Source: Eledone cirrhosa
Lineage: Eukaryota
NCBI GenBank assembly: GCA_964016885.1
Contig: OZ024741.1
Span: 93,806,001 to 93,870,000, forward strand
Direction of reading: 5' to 3'
DNA: 64,000 nucleotides
How positions within the stretch are numbered: position 1 is the stretch's first letter; each line of letters opens with the position of its first letter. The translations under genes were made by a program, and so were the position numbers. Under the pieces are notes generated by a model. That model saw only the letters and a list, made by a program, of their open reading frames with translations, did not search any database and was not told the origin of the DNA. Shown piece after piece: positions 40,301 to 52,762 of this stretch.

Positions 40301-41815
40301 TGTATAATCCATCCTTCCTCTCAGTCACTATCATGTACAATCCTTCCTTCCTCTCAGTCACTATCATGTATAATCCTTCCTTCCTCTCAGTCACTATCAT
40401 GTATAATCCTTCCTTCCTTTCAGTCACTATCATGTATAATCCTTCCTTCCTCTCAGTCACTATCATGTATAATCCTTCCTTCCTCTCAGTCACTCATGTA
40501 TAATCCTTCCTTCCTCTCAGTCACTCATGTACAATCCTTCCTTCCTCTCAGTCACTATCATGTATAATGCTTCCTTCCTCTCAGTCACTATCATGTATAA
40601 TCCTTCCTTCCTCTCAGTCACTCATGTATAATCCTTCCTTCCTCTCAGTCACTCATGTACAATCCTTCCTTCCTCTCAGTCACTATCATGTATAATGCTT
40701 CCTTCCTCTCAGTCACTATCATGTATAATCCTTCCTTCCTCTCAGTCACTATCATGTACAATCCTTCCTTCCTCTCAGTCACTCATGTACAATCCTTCCT
40801 TCCTCTCAGTCACTATCATGTATAATGCTTCCTTCCTCTCAGTCACTATCATGTATAATCCTTCCTTCCTCTCAGTCACTATCATGTACAATCCTTCCTT
40901 CCTCTCAGTCACTCATGTACAATCCTTCCTTCCTCTCAGTCACTATCATGTATAATCCTTCCTTCCTCTCAGTCACAATCATGTATAATCCTTCCTTCCT
41001 CTCAGTCACTATCATGTACAACCCTTCCTTCCTCTCAGTCAATATCATGTATAATCCTTCCTTTTTCTCAGTCACTCATGTACAATCCTTCCTTCCTCTC
41101 AGTCACTATCATGTACAATCCTTCCTTCCTCTCAGTCACTCATGTACAATCCTTCCTTCCTCTCAGTCACTATCATGTATAATCCTTCCTTTCTCTGTCA
41201 CTATCATGTACAATCCTTCCTTTTTCTCAGTCACTCATGTACAATCCTTCCTTCCTCTGTCACTATTATGTACAATCCTTCCTTCCTCTCAGTCACTATC
41301 ATGTATAATCCTTCCCTCCTCTCAGTCACTATCATGTACAATCCTTCCTTCCTCTCAGTCACTATCATGTATAATCCTTCCTTCCTCTCAGTCACTATCA
41401 TGTATAATCCTTCCTTCCTCTCAGTCACTATCATGTATAATCCTTCCTTCCTCTCAGTCACTATCATGTATAATCCTTCCTTCCTCTCAGTCACTATCAT
41501 GTATAATCCTTCCTTCCTCTCAGTCACTATCATGTATAATCCTTCCTTCCTCTCAGTCACTATCATGTATAATCCTTCCTTCCTCTCAGTCACTATCATG
41601 TACAATCATTCCTTTCTCTGTCACTATCATGTATAATCCTGTCTTCCTCTCAGTCACTATCATGTATAATCCTTCCTTCCTCTCAGTCACTATCATTCTA
41701 TAATCCTTCCTTCCTCTCAGTCACTATCATGTACAATCATTCCTTTCTCTGTCACTATCATGTATAATCCTGTCTTCCTCTCAGTCACTATCATGTATGA
41801 TCCTTTCTTTCTTCC
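34347..41815. repeat. 33-bp minisatellite (TCAGTCACTATCATGTATAATCCTTCCTTCCTC), roughly 225-230 units
   Basis: Head-to-tail array with recurrent variants (CACTCATG deletion, TTATGTACAA, AATGCTT, AATCCATCC). Copy number estimated as length/33. Confidence 0.98.
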
Positions 41816-42789
41816 AGAGTTATGAGTGTTTTACTCAGAAGCATAACACAAATATTGTAGTGGCATTTAAACTTATGAGCATATGATATAAATATTGAGC
41901 AGTGGATTGACAGAGTCAATAGTGTGTTGGAGAAAATGTCTTGCAGTATTTGTTTTGGCTCTCTGTACTCCCTTTTCAAATCCTGCTGAAGACAACATTG
42001 CCTTTTTATCTTCCCCGGCTTGATAAATAACTAGTCAAGTGTTGTGATAGATTATTATCTCTTTTTCTCTATTGGAAGTAGGTACATTGAGAAAGGTAAT
42101 GGAAGGTGGCTGATCACAGGCTCCATTTTTCCAGAAAAGGGCTAATCTAGCAACTTTTTCCTCTTCATAAAAACTGAAATGCTACTGGAACTTTACCAAT
42201 ACAGCAGTGCATCACAGGATAATCCAGGGTCTTTTCACTCTTGTTGGAGGACCCTTCCTTGGTTGGCCTTCACCACTTTGTTTGGTTTTAGTCATGTCAG
42301 GGGTGTAGCCATACTCACCATGTTTGGCCAATTGCAGGTTAGTGAGACTATTTAACCCATAGTTGGGGGTGAATGGCCATCAGCCCTTTTTACAGCTGTT
42401 ATTTTTTGTACTGCTTGGGTTCCACTTATCTTCCTCACCAGACGAGCTGTTTTAGTCTCCGACCACTCAACCATGAAAGCAGGTTGTACTGGGTTACATG
42501 GTACCAGTAGCAGGCAGACATACAATATTAATAATAGGCATCTGAAAAGATCCAGTCTTCGGAACTTTCTGTTTTTTGTTGTATTCGTTGGTGATAACAG
42601 GTATAATTTTTTTTCAGACTTTCATTTAATTAGTTTTGGATGCATATGCTTAAAATAGATTTGTTTTTTTACTATAATATGAACACATGGAGAGAGAGAT
42701 AGAGAGAGGTGCCGTCTCTTTCAATAAAATTACAATTAACAAATAAATATTTAATTATCGTATTCTTTCAATGTGTGTTTGTTTTGTAG

Positions 42790-42889
42790 ACTTGATGATT
42801 GTGATAATTTGTACAAAGAACTGTCAACTGAGTATCAGGATTACTTACTGCTTCATGTTGCTAGGCTGCAGGCTCTGGATGCTGACAAA
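42790..42889 (+). CDS. TPP2: TPP2 internal exon (LDDCDNLYKEL...HVARLQALDADK)
   Basis: gtag|A...AAA|gtaagt, 100 nt, phase 2-0. Confidence 0.95.
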
Positions 42890-44382
42890 GTAAGTGTATC
42901 AATAAATTTTGCTCATTACCAAAACTCCTCCTCACACCTCACAATCCTCCTCATGCTCCCCTTCCCTCTTGTCCCTCCTCCTCCTCTCCCCTCCCCTTCC
43001 CCCACTACCACCTCATCATCATCACCATCACCCCACCCCTCCTCACCCCTCCCTCTTCAGTAGAAGAATATAATTTCCTGAGCAATAATTTATTTTTATC
43101 ACAATATTATCAAGAACACTTTTGAACTGTTAATAAACAAGTCTAAATATATATATTTTGACATTCCCTATAATATCTGTGCAATAAATATTATATGACT
43201 CTTGAATGCTACTGGTAACATGTAGCCCAGTACAACCTGTCACATGGTCAGGTCGTCAGTGACTAAACCAGCAACCCCACCAAGTTTGCTTGGTGGGTGA
43301 TTATGGAGACCCTGCAGGATGAAAAACAAAACCTGACAATTGGAACTCATGTAAATCAACGACCATCAACTAGTGTGTACATATGTATATATTGTGTGTG
43401 TTTGTAAATATGTATATATAAATTTAAGAGTGAGCAGAGCTGTGGTAGTTTTCCTGGTTGGATTGGATGGTCTTTTGAGGCGTTCCTGTTTGTTGCAGTG
43501 TCTGTTCAACATGTCATTCAGTGAACTGGTGATGTGCAATTCATCTAGCCTCTCTCAGTTCGAAGACCAAACTGCGTGGTGAAAAACCACATCCTACACA
43601 AGGTGCCTCTGATATGGCTATCATAGGATAGTCTAGCAGAACAGGTCAGATCTAGAAGAGTAAGCCTTGATAAAAATTCTGCTTGTCTCATTACATCAAA
43701 GCACCGACATCAAGTTTAGAATTAGATAATAAAGAAGGAAATTACCTTAAATTCAGATACGATTAAACATTACTAGCAAGTTGCTGTCAGTTATGTTTTA
43801 GATGTCTTGTTCACCTTCTATTGATCATGATGGTAGAAATTAGTATTCAGATATGGCACATCTGCGTGGAAGATGGATGTTAAACGATGATGATAATGAT
43901 GATGTATCTGTTTATAGCAGGGTAGACAGCCATTAAAACATAAGTGTATTTTCCAAGCAAATATATTGTAATGTTGGTGACTGGATATAAACAGTAATCA
44001 CTGACAGCTAGCTGTTACTCTCAAAAATGTGATCAGAATTTCAAAATTAGTGTTACTTATATTGGTTAGTTTTGTATTAAGAATGGCAAGGTAGCTGTGA
44101 AGCACAAAAGAAATAACTCCAGCCATGGAGATAAGAAATTTTAAGTAAATATTTTGAATGCTGACCAAGCTCTTGTTCATACTTCAGATATCATCTGAAA
44201 AATTGTCAGGAAGAATGTTTTTCAGGTAGGCTGGATTACAAGATGCATGTTTTTTCAAGTAGGCTGGATTACAAGATGCATTACCAGCTTAAGTGTTTGT
44301 TTTTTCTCATTATACACACATTCCACAGTAATGTGAATTATCTCACTTTGTTGTTATTGTGTTATTTTTTTGGTCATTGCAG

Positions 44383-44513
44383 GATCGAATGAAGAAATTA
44401 CCAGAAATCACAAAGGTTGCTGAACACATTCTTAGCAATATTGACAAAGAATCTTTGCTTGCCTACTATGGCATGAAGTCAGACCCTCAACCTAATTCTT
44501 CTACCATAAAAAT
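44383..44513 (+). CDS. TPP2: TPP2 internal exon (DRMKKLPEI...GMKSDPQP...TIK)
   Basis: gcag|GAT...AT|gtaaca, 131 nt, phase 0-2. Confidence 0.94.
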
Positions 44514-45764
44514 GTAACAATGCAAATTTTTTTTTTCACAAAATCTTGTAATCATTTCCCTCTTTGTCAAAATACTGCTATTATTACTGTTATTGAGTGG
44601 GGTGGATTGGACAAATCATAGTAGTATTTGTTTTGGTTCTTTACTTTTTGAGTTCAATTTCTGCCAAGGTAAACTTTGTCTTTTATCCTTCTGATGTTAG
44701 TAACATAAAGTACTGGGTTGATATAATCAACTTTCCTTTTGCATAAATTGCTGGCATTATGCCAAAATTACAAATAATTATTGTTGTTGGTGGTTTTCTA
44801 GTTGTTTTATTTTATTAGGAAAGTTTGTGTTGGGTGGTTTACATTTCTATGTATTTGTTATAATGGCCAACAAGTTATTTGACAGCATTCTCTACAGACA
44901 TAGTTACTCGGGCTTTTGATGTAACCTTTTTCATGAATTCACAGCCCCTTTAAGTTAATATCCTTTCAATATTTCAGTTTATTATACCATAAGCAGCAAG
45001 TGCAATTTCATGCTCACACTTTAATCTAACTTGTGACACTGAAATTTGTCTCCATTTTCTGTAATCTTAAGTAGATAAGAGACAAATTGATCTGGATATA
45101 TCATAAGCCTGTCACATATAACTTTTCTAGAAATAATTTAAAAAATGTTATTTGTTAATTGCTGGAGGAAGTGCAGTGTGCATGACCGTTGCAGGTATTT
45201 CTTTTGTGAAATCGGTGAGATTGATGCAGTTTATGTTCAGTTTCAACTTGTGTAAGTTGAAAAATGTGTACAGAAAGGGCTTTCAGAGGTTATCACTCTG
45301 GAAAGAAAACGTTAATCAAAGTGTTTAATGCAGGATCTGTGAGGTGAGACTCTGTAGAGATGACTAGAGAAGGGGAAGCAAGACAAGTTTGTTAGATAGG
45401 ATTGTTTGGTGGTGATATGTACTTTACTACTTCAGAGGAGCAGAAACCTATATTCCACAGATATTTGTATGAAATTAAATAGGAATACCTTGTCAAAAGA
45501 CAGTTTAATTATCTGCAGTGATTAAATAAATGTAAATAAGGTATTTAAAAAAAAAATATTGATAATTTTTTCAGTAGAGACTTAATTAGAATAAGTGGTA
45601 TTTAAAGAAGGTGTTTAGATAAACATGAACATATTAAAACACAATTTTGCATCATTGAACCAGACATGGTTTCAGGCTGTTTGGTATTAAAAAAGGTTAA
45701 ATAATCCAATAATAACATTATTAAGGAGAAATATCTCAGAAATTAACAGCTTATGATAGATAAT

Positions 45765-45913
45765 TGTTTCTATTTTTAGGCACAAGACCAGCAATTACCC
45801 AGTACATTACTGGCACCATAAGGATGAAAGGCAAAGTTAACCTTGGCGGGATTTGAACTCAGATCATAAAGGGACGTAACTCTATGCTTCAAAGCATGGT
45901 GTCCGACTCTACC
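45765..45913 (-). mobile_element. 5'-truncated Nin/Deu-like SINE
   Basis: Same family as 21970. 10-bp duplication GATAGATAAT at 45755 and 45914. Confidence 0.85.
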
Positions 45914-46387
45914 GATAGATAATGAGAACCGAGTGCTAAAGCATTGCACTAACTTAGATGGTATCTAGAGTAGAGATGGTAATATAGAAATATAATGGGA
46001 GTAGGTGATAGCTAAAATACAGGTGGTTGTAGTTGAACCTAGGTTTTTAATGATTAAGGAGTTTTATGAGCAAATATCTTTCAGCCATAAACATCCAGTT
46101 TTTTTCAAACATAGTGTATCTGGAACCACATTATCCAGTGTTGCCTTCATGTAGTAAAATGTAAGGTGGGTTTGAAATTAAGTCAGAAATAAACTAAGTG
46201 TACCAGAGAGTTTGTTTGAGACATTCTGGTCCATATATTCCAACCATATAAGCATTAAAAAATAATTATATGAAGTAATTTTTTGTTTCTTTAATTCTGT
46301 TAGTTGATTTGGCTATTATTTTATGTTTCAAGTTTTTTGACAGTGTAATTAGATAATGAAATCTTTTGCTACAACCCTCTCTTTCAG

Positions 46388-46631
46388 AGAAATGGATAAA
46401 CAGAAAAATATATTAATTGATACCTTTGTAAAACTGGGCTGTGCCCAGGCAGATACTCACTTAGAAGCAGTTAAACCTCCGAATGCTGTAACAGGCTGTG
46501 AGGATGAACAAGTGACTGGTGTTGAAGATGATGATAATGACTGCGAACATGTCATATCAAAAGTACCAATTCTAGAAATTGACTCAGTATTTGAAGAACT
46601 TATAAAATGGGTTGATCCTTTTGATTCAAAG
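46388..46631 (+). CDS. TPP2: TPP2 internal exon (EMDKQK...GCAQAD...KWVDPFDSK)
   Basis: tcag|A...AAG|gtaagg, 244 nt, phase 2-0. Confidence 0.95.
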
Positions 46632-47319
46632 GTAAGGCAAACGTTTTGGATTTATTATTAAAACTAGCAGAAAAACCATCATTCGGGTGTTTTTCTGCTA
46701 GCATGTGTAGTGTGCATATTGATATACGCAAATATACATGCATTTAGATATGATACATCAAATAAAATCGTAATTAATAATATGCACAGAAATTGAAGAG
46801 AGACTGTGTTACACTCTCTTCTGTAATAAGTAAAGTAATCCATGATAAATTTGAAAAAGACGATATTATATATAAACTGCATTACGGTGAAATGTAATGA
46901 AAACGAAAAAAGAGAAATTTAGCGACAGAAATATAAACGTTATGATATAACGATGTAAATATATGAACGTTTATATAAGCGATATAATATAGCGTCTGTT
47001 ATATCATAACCGGTAGTATTGACATTTAAACATTTTAAAAGAAGTGAATCTTAAAATCATTATAAGAATATTTATGTTTAATCAACAGCTACGAAATTTA
47101 GTAGATAAATTATGTAATATTCATTCATTATTTATTCAAAGTAATCCAACTTATTTTGCTACCGGTATAAAAACATATGTTCAGGACACAGTCCTGCACT
47201 CCTCCCTTTATTATATTATGATTTACTGATTATGAAAGATAATGTACACTACTTTACAAACTTCCATCTGCTAAAACTTTCCATTCTTTATATTCTCACC
47301 AACCACGATATATATATAT

Positions 47320-48150
47320 CAACATTTTACATTCATTTTTCCATGCTTGCATGTGTTGAATGGGTCTTTTCCAATACAGCCTCCCTCCATTTGTGTTCTT
47401 TCATCATCTCCTCACTGAGCTTCAGCATTGTGAGAACAGCTTTCACCATTTCTACCCAGATCTTCCTTGGTCTTCGTTTACTGCAGTTTCCTTCCACTGG
47501 GATTTCTTAGCCCTTCACCTAACAATCATGATCTAAGGGCATCACATATCTGTACCAGCACAGTCATCTTTCTTGCACACTATATCTCATTCCTCTTCTA
47601 CCCAGTTTTTCTCTCAGTTCATTCATGCGTCATTATTCATGCACATTGCACATCCATGAAAGCATGCTTGCTTCATTTCTATCCCATCATTCCACATTCC
47701 TATCCTCCACATTCACTACCCATGTCTCACTATTATGCCATATTGCACATCTCAAGCAGGCATCATATAGCCTGTCTTTTATTTATAGAGAAAAAAATAT
47801 TGTTGAGAACAGGGTTAGCTCCCTGAATTTTTTCTGTCCTGTTCTTATTCTAGTAATTGTGCTTTCAGAGCAACACCCTGCACTGCTAATTAGGTCACAT
47901 AGATAGCAGAAGTTTTCAACCATTTCTATGGAGTCTTCCAGAAATTGGAAAAAGTTTATTTTGTTGATGCTCTTACTACCAACTAACCCTGTACATCTGC
48001 CATATGCAATGTTTTCCTTTCCTGTTGTCCCATTACACCTTGTGTACCCAAGATTTATATTGTGTACATCATATAGAATTTCTACCTACTCTTTTTCTAC
48101 ACTCCGAGCACAATCACTTCCCAGATGGAATCATGGTCCTCTTTTCTTTC
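47320..48150 (-). mobile_element. Decayed RTE LINE 3' fragment
   Basis: Minus strand shows WVHK, FCYLCDLISSAGCCSE and WYRYV-like segments plus the CCCATTCAACACATGCAAGCATGGAAAA tail. Boundaries approximate. Confidence 0.7.
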
Positions 48151-48587
48151 CTTGGTCTTTGCTTGGTTTACTCAGTATGTGTATGCATACCCACCCTCTC
48201 TCTCTCACATACACGCACACGAGTTCATTTTAAACAAAATACAGATCATCACAATTATTTGCCATTGCAATCATTAATATTTTGAAACAAGATAAATAGA
48301 TAAATAGGAAATATCACTAATTTTTTAATAGAAAATTTAAGTGCATGTATGATGGTTGTGAGGTTCTCTTGAGCTTATGGAGTATAGAATAGAATATAGC
48401 TTGCTCTTAACATTGCAATAATATTTGGTAGATTGTCAGTCAATTTATTATCACCAGCACCAGTATGTGTCTCAGTGTTAACATAAAGTAGTTCTACTAG
48501 ACTACATTCACATACTCAAAAATAGGTCATGAAGTAACAATGAAGTTTATGCTGGCTTCATATATGTATATATATATGTATGTATAC

Positions 48588-49391
48588 CGGGAGCGAAGGG
48601 TGCACGCATGCAGTGCATGCGTTATAGAATCTTGAGTTGATCAATTGCATCGGTTGAAGCAAGCAGAATTTTGGCTGCTTACTAAATCGTAGACACATAA
48701 AAAGATCACACACACACACACATATACACACAAACACACAAACACACGACAACGTCGGTTGAAGCAAGCAGAATTTTGGCTGCTTGCTAAATCGTAGACA
48801 CATCATCATCATCATCATCATACGTCCGCTTTTCCCTGCTTGCAAGGGTGGGCCGGGAACTGATTCTGGCTTGATTTCTACAGCTGGAAGCCCTTCTTAA
48901 CACCAACCTTATTTACAGTGAGTGCTGGGTGCTTTTTTGCCGTGGCACCTCCACGACCACTTAGTAGTGGAATGATAGGGACCCCAGTCCCTATCATCTC
49001 ATTTCTACAGCTGAGTAAACTGGAGCAATGTGAAATAAAGTGTCTTGCTCAAGGAAACAATACATCACCTGGTCTGAGAATTGAACTCACAACCTTTCGA
49101 TTGCAAGCCCAATGTTCTAACCACTAAGTCATGTGCCTCCATAAAAAGATCACACACACACACACAAACACACAACAGCGTCGGTTAAAGCAAGCAGAAT
49201 TTTGGCTGCTTACTAAATTGTAGACACATAAAAAGATAACACACACACTAGATAACACTACGTGCGGCTTTGATCGGGAGGGTCATTTAGAGGGAATGGG
49301 GTGGGGTGGGTGGGGTAAGGCTGCACAGCCCCATTTTCCGCCATGGCGATTGGACTGCATGCCCTGCTTTCCAGGTTACCCTTCGCCACTG
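48588..49391. mobile_element. hAT-like non-autonomous element with internal tandem units and a nested SINE
   Basis: 8-bp duplication ATGTATAC (48580-48587; 49392-49399). 14-bp imperfect TIRs CGGGAGCGAAGGGT / CAGTGGCGAAGGGT. Confidence 0.82.
48801..49140 (-). mobile_element. tRNA-derived SINE (same family as 12431)
   Basis: Reverse complement of the 12431 SINE, with intact A and B boxes and a (GAT)n tail. Confidence 0.9.
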
Positions 49392-49729
49392 ATGTATACC
49401 CACATGCTGTTATAGAAAGCTTATGTTAATCTGAAGGGAGGCTATGACTCACTGGATTTTGTATATATCTATAGTGGGTTGGTTTACAAAAATATATAAA
49501 GAAATCAACTATGCTTTGGCAAGTTTGAATTTTTTTTGCACCCACTCACTGGTTGATTGAACTGAAAGTAGGAGTTTGTAATAAATGATGAAAAAAAAGA
49601 TTTTTTTTTAATTTCTCTGTTTTTTATCTTCTGTTTTCAATCATAGACTATCTATAATAATTGCTAATTTTCAACTATGATAATTGAAATGTTTTTTCTT
49701 TAAATACTTTGTTTTACTTTCTTGTGCAG

Positions 49730-49849
49730 GTGATTGAATTTAGTGCACGTCATGCTATACTGCACAAGTTGTATGGCAGAGCACTCCGTTTCATGCTAAA
49801 GCAAAATGAAGAAAAGCCGAGTAAACAGCAAGAAAAACGATGTATTGAA
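49730..49849 (+). CDS. TPP2: TPP2 penultimate exon (VIEFSARHA...YGRALRF...EEKPSK...CIE)
   Basis: gcag|GTG...GAA|gtaagc, 120 nt, phase 0-0. Confidence 0.95.
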
Positions 49850-49904
49850 GTAAGCAATAAAGGATGATTTTTTTTTCTTGCTTTAACCCTTTAGCATTTA
49901 AACT

Positions 49905-50383
49905 AAATTAGCAAGAATATGGAGGAGCAACATCAGTTTTTAGACCAAATACAGATTGTACAGGTCGCTGGTGGTCTCCGTCCTATGTGGCTGTGAGATC
50001 TGAACACTTTTGGCAGAAACAGAGAGAAGGATCCAGGCGTTTGAGGACAAATGCATGAGAAAACTCTTTCGTATTTCCTATTGGGAACGTAAAACCAATG
50101 AATGCGTGCCGAAAGGTTAAAAGTTTTTTGAGTCACCAGAAACTGGCATAGTTTGGCCACGTCACATGACATGACAGCCTGTGCAAGACTATCATACAAG
50201 GCACCGTTGAAGCTGGACGCAGGAGGGATACCAACACAAAAACTGGTTGGGCAATGTCAAAGAATGGACACAAATGACAACACCAGATTTGTTGACGGCT
50301 ACTGTTGATAGACTATTTTGAGTGTTTGCTGCTTCTGCAGTAGGGTCCCTCCGACAACTACAGAAGTCAAGGGACTGATGATG
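49905..50383 (+). mobile_element. 5'-truncated RTE-like LINE 3' end nested in the MITE
   Basis: IQAFEDKCMRKLFRISYW, FGHV and IIQGTVE. (TGA)n tail. 9-bp duplication ATTTAAACT (49896; 50384). Confidence 0.88.
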
Positions 50384-50560
50384 ATTTAAACTGGCTGTAT
50401 CTGGCCAGAATTCTCTCACCGCTTTCTGTTCAAACTGGCTGTAATCGGCTGTTCATACAGATGTTAAGGTATTGTTCTCAAAATAAATAATATCAAAATC
50501 TCATAGATTCGATACTATGTAAGGTGATAATTATGTGAGGTAAAGTATATATAGAGTAAT

Positions 50561-50900
50561 CATCATCATCATCATCATCATCATTTCATTTTACGTCTGC
50601 TTTTTCCCTGCTTGCAAGGGTGGGACGGGAACTGATTCTGGCTTGATTTCTACAGCTGGATGCCCTTCCTAACACCAACCTCATTTACAGTTAGTGCTGG
50701 GTGCTTTTTTGCCGTGGCACCTCCAGTGGAATGATAGGGACCCCCAGTCCCTATCATCTCATTTCTACAGCTGAGTAAACTGGAGCAATGTGAAATAAAG
50801 TGTCTTGCTCAAGGAAACAATACATCACCCGGTCTGAGAATTGAACTCACAACCTTTCGATTGCAAGGCCAATGTTCTAACCACTAAGCCACGTGCCTCC
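50561..50900 (-). mobile_element. tRNA-derived SINE (same family as 12431) nested in the MITE
   Basis: Near-identical to 48801-49140. Confidence 0.9.
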
Positions 50901-51947
50901 ATGTAAATGTTAACGGGTTAAAACATATTTTTGCCTTTAATAAAAAAAGAAAATAGAAACTTTGATTTTATTTGAGCTCAGAAATAGTATTTACTTAACT
51001 AATATAAGAAAATGTTATACAGATATGGGGAAAAATAAGCTTTATAATAATGTAATGTTATTGATAGTAAATGTTGTAATCATCAACCTTGCTCCAATTT
51101 ACAGTTTGATTATTTTTGACAATTTTATTTATTTTCTATGTTTAAAAAATTTAAATTTATGTTCATTGAATTGGTGTAAATTTTGCAAGTAACAACGTTT
51201 TTTTATCATCTTTTAAATTTTTATCTATATTATAGTCAATCTTATACTTATGTATGTAAAAATTGAATTATTTGTAACATAAGAAAGTAAAACTCATTTG
51301 CAACATAGGGTTTTAACTGTTGGATAGGACTGGGTTGTGTCAATTTCAACAGTGTTAAATTCATTTATTCCATAACCTTTTCATTATCATATTTCTTATA
51401 AAAGACACTGCTTATAATTTTCAAATCATTTTGAAAATAGCCAAGAATTTGGGTGTAATTTAGTAATATAACTAACTTTCTCATTCTTAAGCTCAGGTTC
51501 TTACATAAAATTATGATGGAAGGTAAAAATAAGCACTTTAAAATAAATGGTTTTGTATCATAGGCCTGTTTTAGGCAGTGTTGTAGCAAAAGGGTTAAAC
51601 TTTCATCATTCAATGTCTTGCAACAACTAAAATCATAATGAGGTAACTCATGCAAGAAAAATACTTGCTGACTGCTATCTCAAGATATTTGTGTAAAACT
51701 TTATTTTATTGGTTTATGTGTTTAGTTGCTATGGAAATTTTGTATATCAATCACACAAAACACTTTTTACAATTGCTATTTGTAACATTTGATGTGTAAT
51801 TATAGTGTGATTGAATTTCTTTTCTTGCACATTCTTTTGAAAATAACTTACTGCACAACCAACAACATTTAGTTCTGAAGATGAAAAAAAGAATGTTACG
51901 ATTTTACTGTAGACAAGTCAGACATTAGTATTTTTGATATCAATAAT

Positions 51948-52130
51948 TGTTTCTACTTTAGGCACAAGGCCAGCAAAAACCCAGTGCATTACTGGTACTT
52001 TATTTTATCGACCCCGTAAGGATGAAAGGAAAAGTCAACCTCGGCGGGATTTGAACTCAGATCGTAAAGGGACGTAACTATGTTGGAAAGCATGGCGTCC
52101 GATCCTCTACCGATACTGCCAATCCACCGA
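51948..52130 (-). mobile_element. Nin/Deu-like SINE
   Basis: Near-identical to 21970. 9-bp duplication ATCAATAAT. Confidence 0.9.
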
Positions 52131-52538
52131 ATCAATAATGAACTGAAATTGAAAAGAAGGAAATTTAAGTAAACAAATGTAGTGATTCTAAATAAACTTG
52201 AGTTTTCAGGGCGCACAAAAAATATTTAGAGCTAAGACAAAATTATACTTTTCCTGACAACATTCTCCATGAGTATGTATTATGGAAAAGGAAACCATTT
52301 TAAATTGCTCAAACAAAGTAAGCAACATGAGCCACTGGTTGTATTACTTGTCAGATAAACTTGTATGTATAGATGATTTTTAACCATACTGCACTGCTAA
52401 TTTCATAATCTAACTATAACTTTACTAGATGAGTACTTCTTCAAACAAAATGTTAACCCTGAAGAATATATGTGGAAATAGTAGCTGAAGATTTGTACTG
52501 TTTTAACTCCTACTCATTTTTTTTTTTATTCTTTGCAG

Positions 52539-52628
52539 ATATTCAAGCAACTCAACTGGAATCACTGTGCTGAATATTTTGAAAATTCATTGTTAGTCAA
52601 ATATCCCAACAGTTATCGACCATTTTGA
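52539..52628 (+). CDS. TPP2: TPP2 last coding exon (IFKQLNWNHCAEYFENSLLVKYPNSYRPF*)
   Basis: gcag|ATA...TGA. Matches the TPP2 C-terminus (L.W.HCA...EN.L...YP..Y..F*). Confidence 0.96.
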   Translation: MFKQLNWNHCAEYFENSLLVKYPNSYRPF

Positions 52629-52710
52629 ATTTTATTTTCCAGACATTTTGTCAATAAGTTTAAGCTCCACCACCCCTTTACACCCCATATTCTGCATAAA
52701 TTGATGGTCA

Positions 52711-52716
52711 AATAAA
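52711..52716 (+). terminator. Candidate polyadenylation signal of TPP2
   Basis: First AATAAA after the stop, followed by a T-rich tract. The motif is common in AT-rich DNA. Confidence 0.45.
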
Positions 52717-52762
52717 CAGCAGGGATTATTACTGTTTTTATTATTATTATTATTATTATTAT

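Larger units (their letters stand above)
49887..50917. mobile_element. piggyBac MITE (family of 4536-4742) interrupted by two retroelements
   Basis: TTAA|CCCTTTAGCATTTAAACT..GGCTGTATCTGGCCAGAATTCTCTCACC..AATGTTAACGGG|TTAA is collinear with the 4536 copy. Confidence 0.88.

Noticed and set aside
34347-41815. CRISPR-like array, or repeat protein (MYNPSFLSVTI / MIVTERKEGLY)n
   Set aside because: Units are head-to-tail with no unique spacers, and there are no cas genes in this eukaryotic intron. Frequent 1-2 bp unit deletions break the frames, arguing against coding selection.
42920-43060. Pro/Ser-rich extension of the exon ORF 42773-43063
   Set aside because: C-rich low-complexity intron sequence after a canonical GTAAGT donor.
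44225-44281. Short direct duplication GTAGGCTGGATTACAAGATGCAT (similar case at 33884-33920)
   Set aside because: Ordinary slippage duplications with no further structure.
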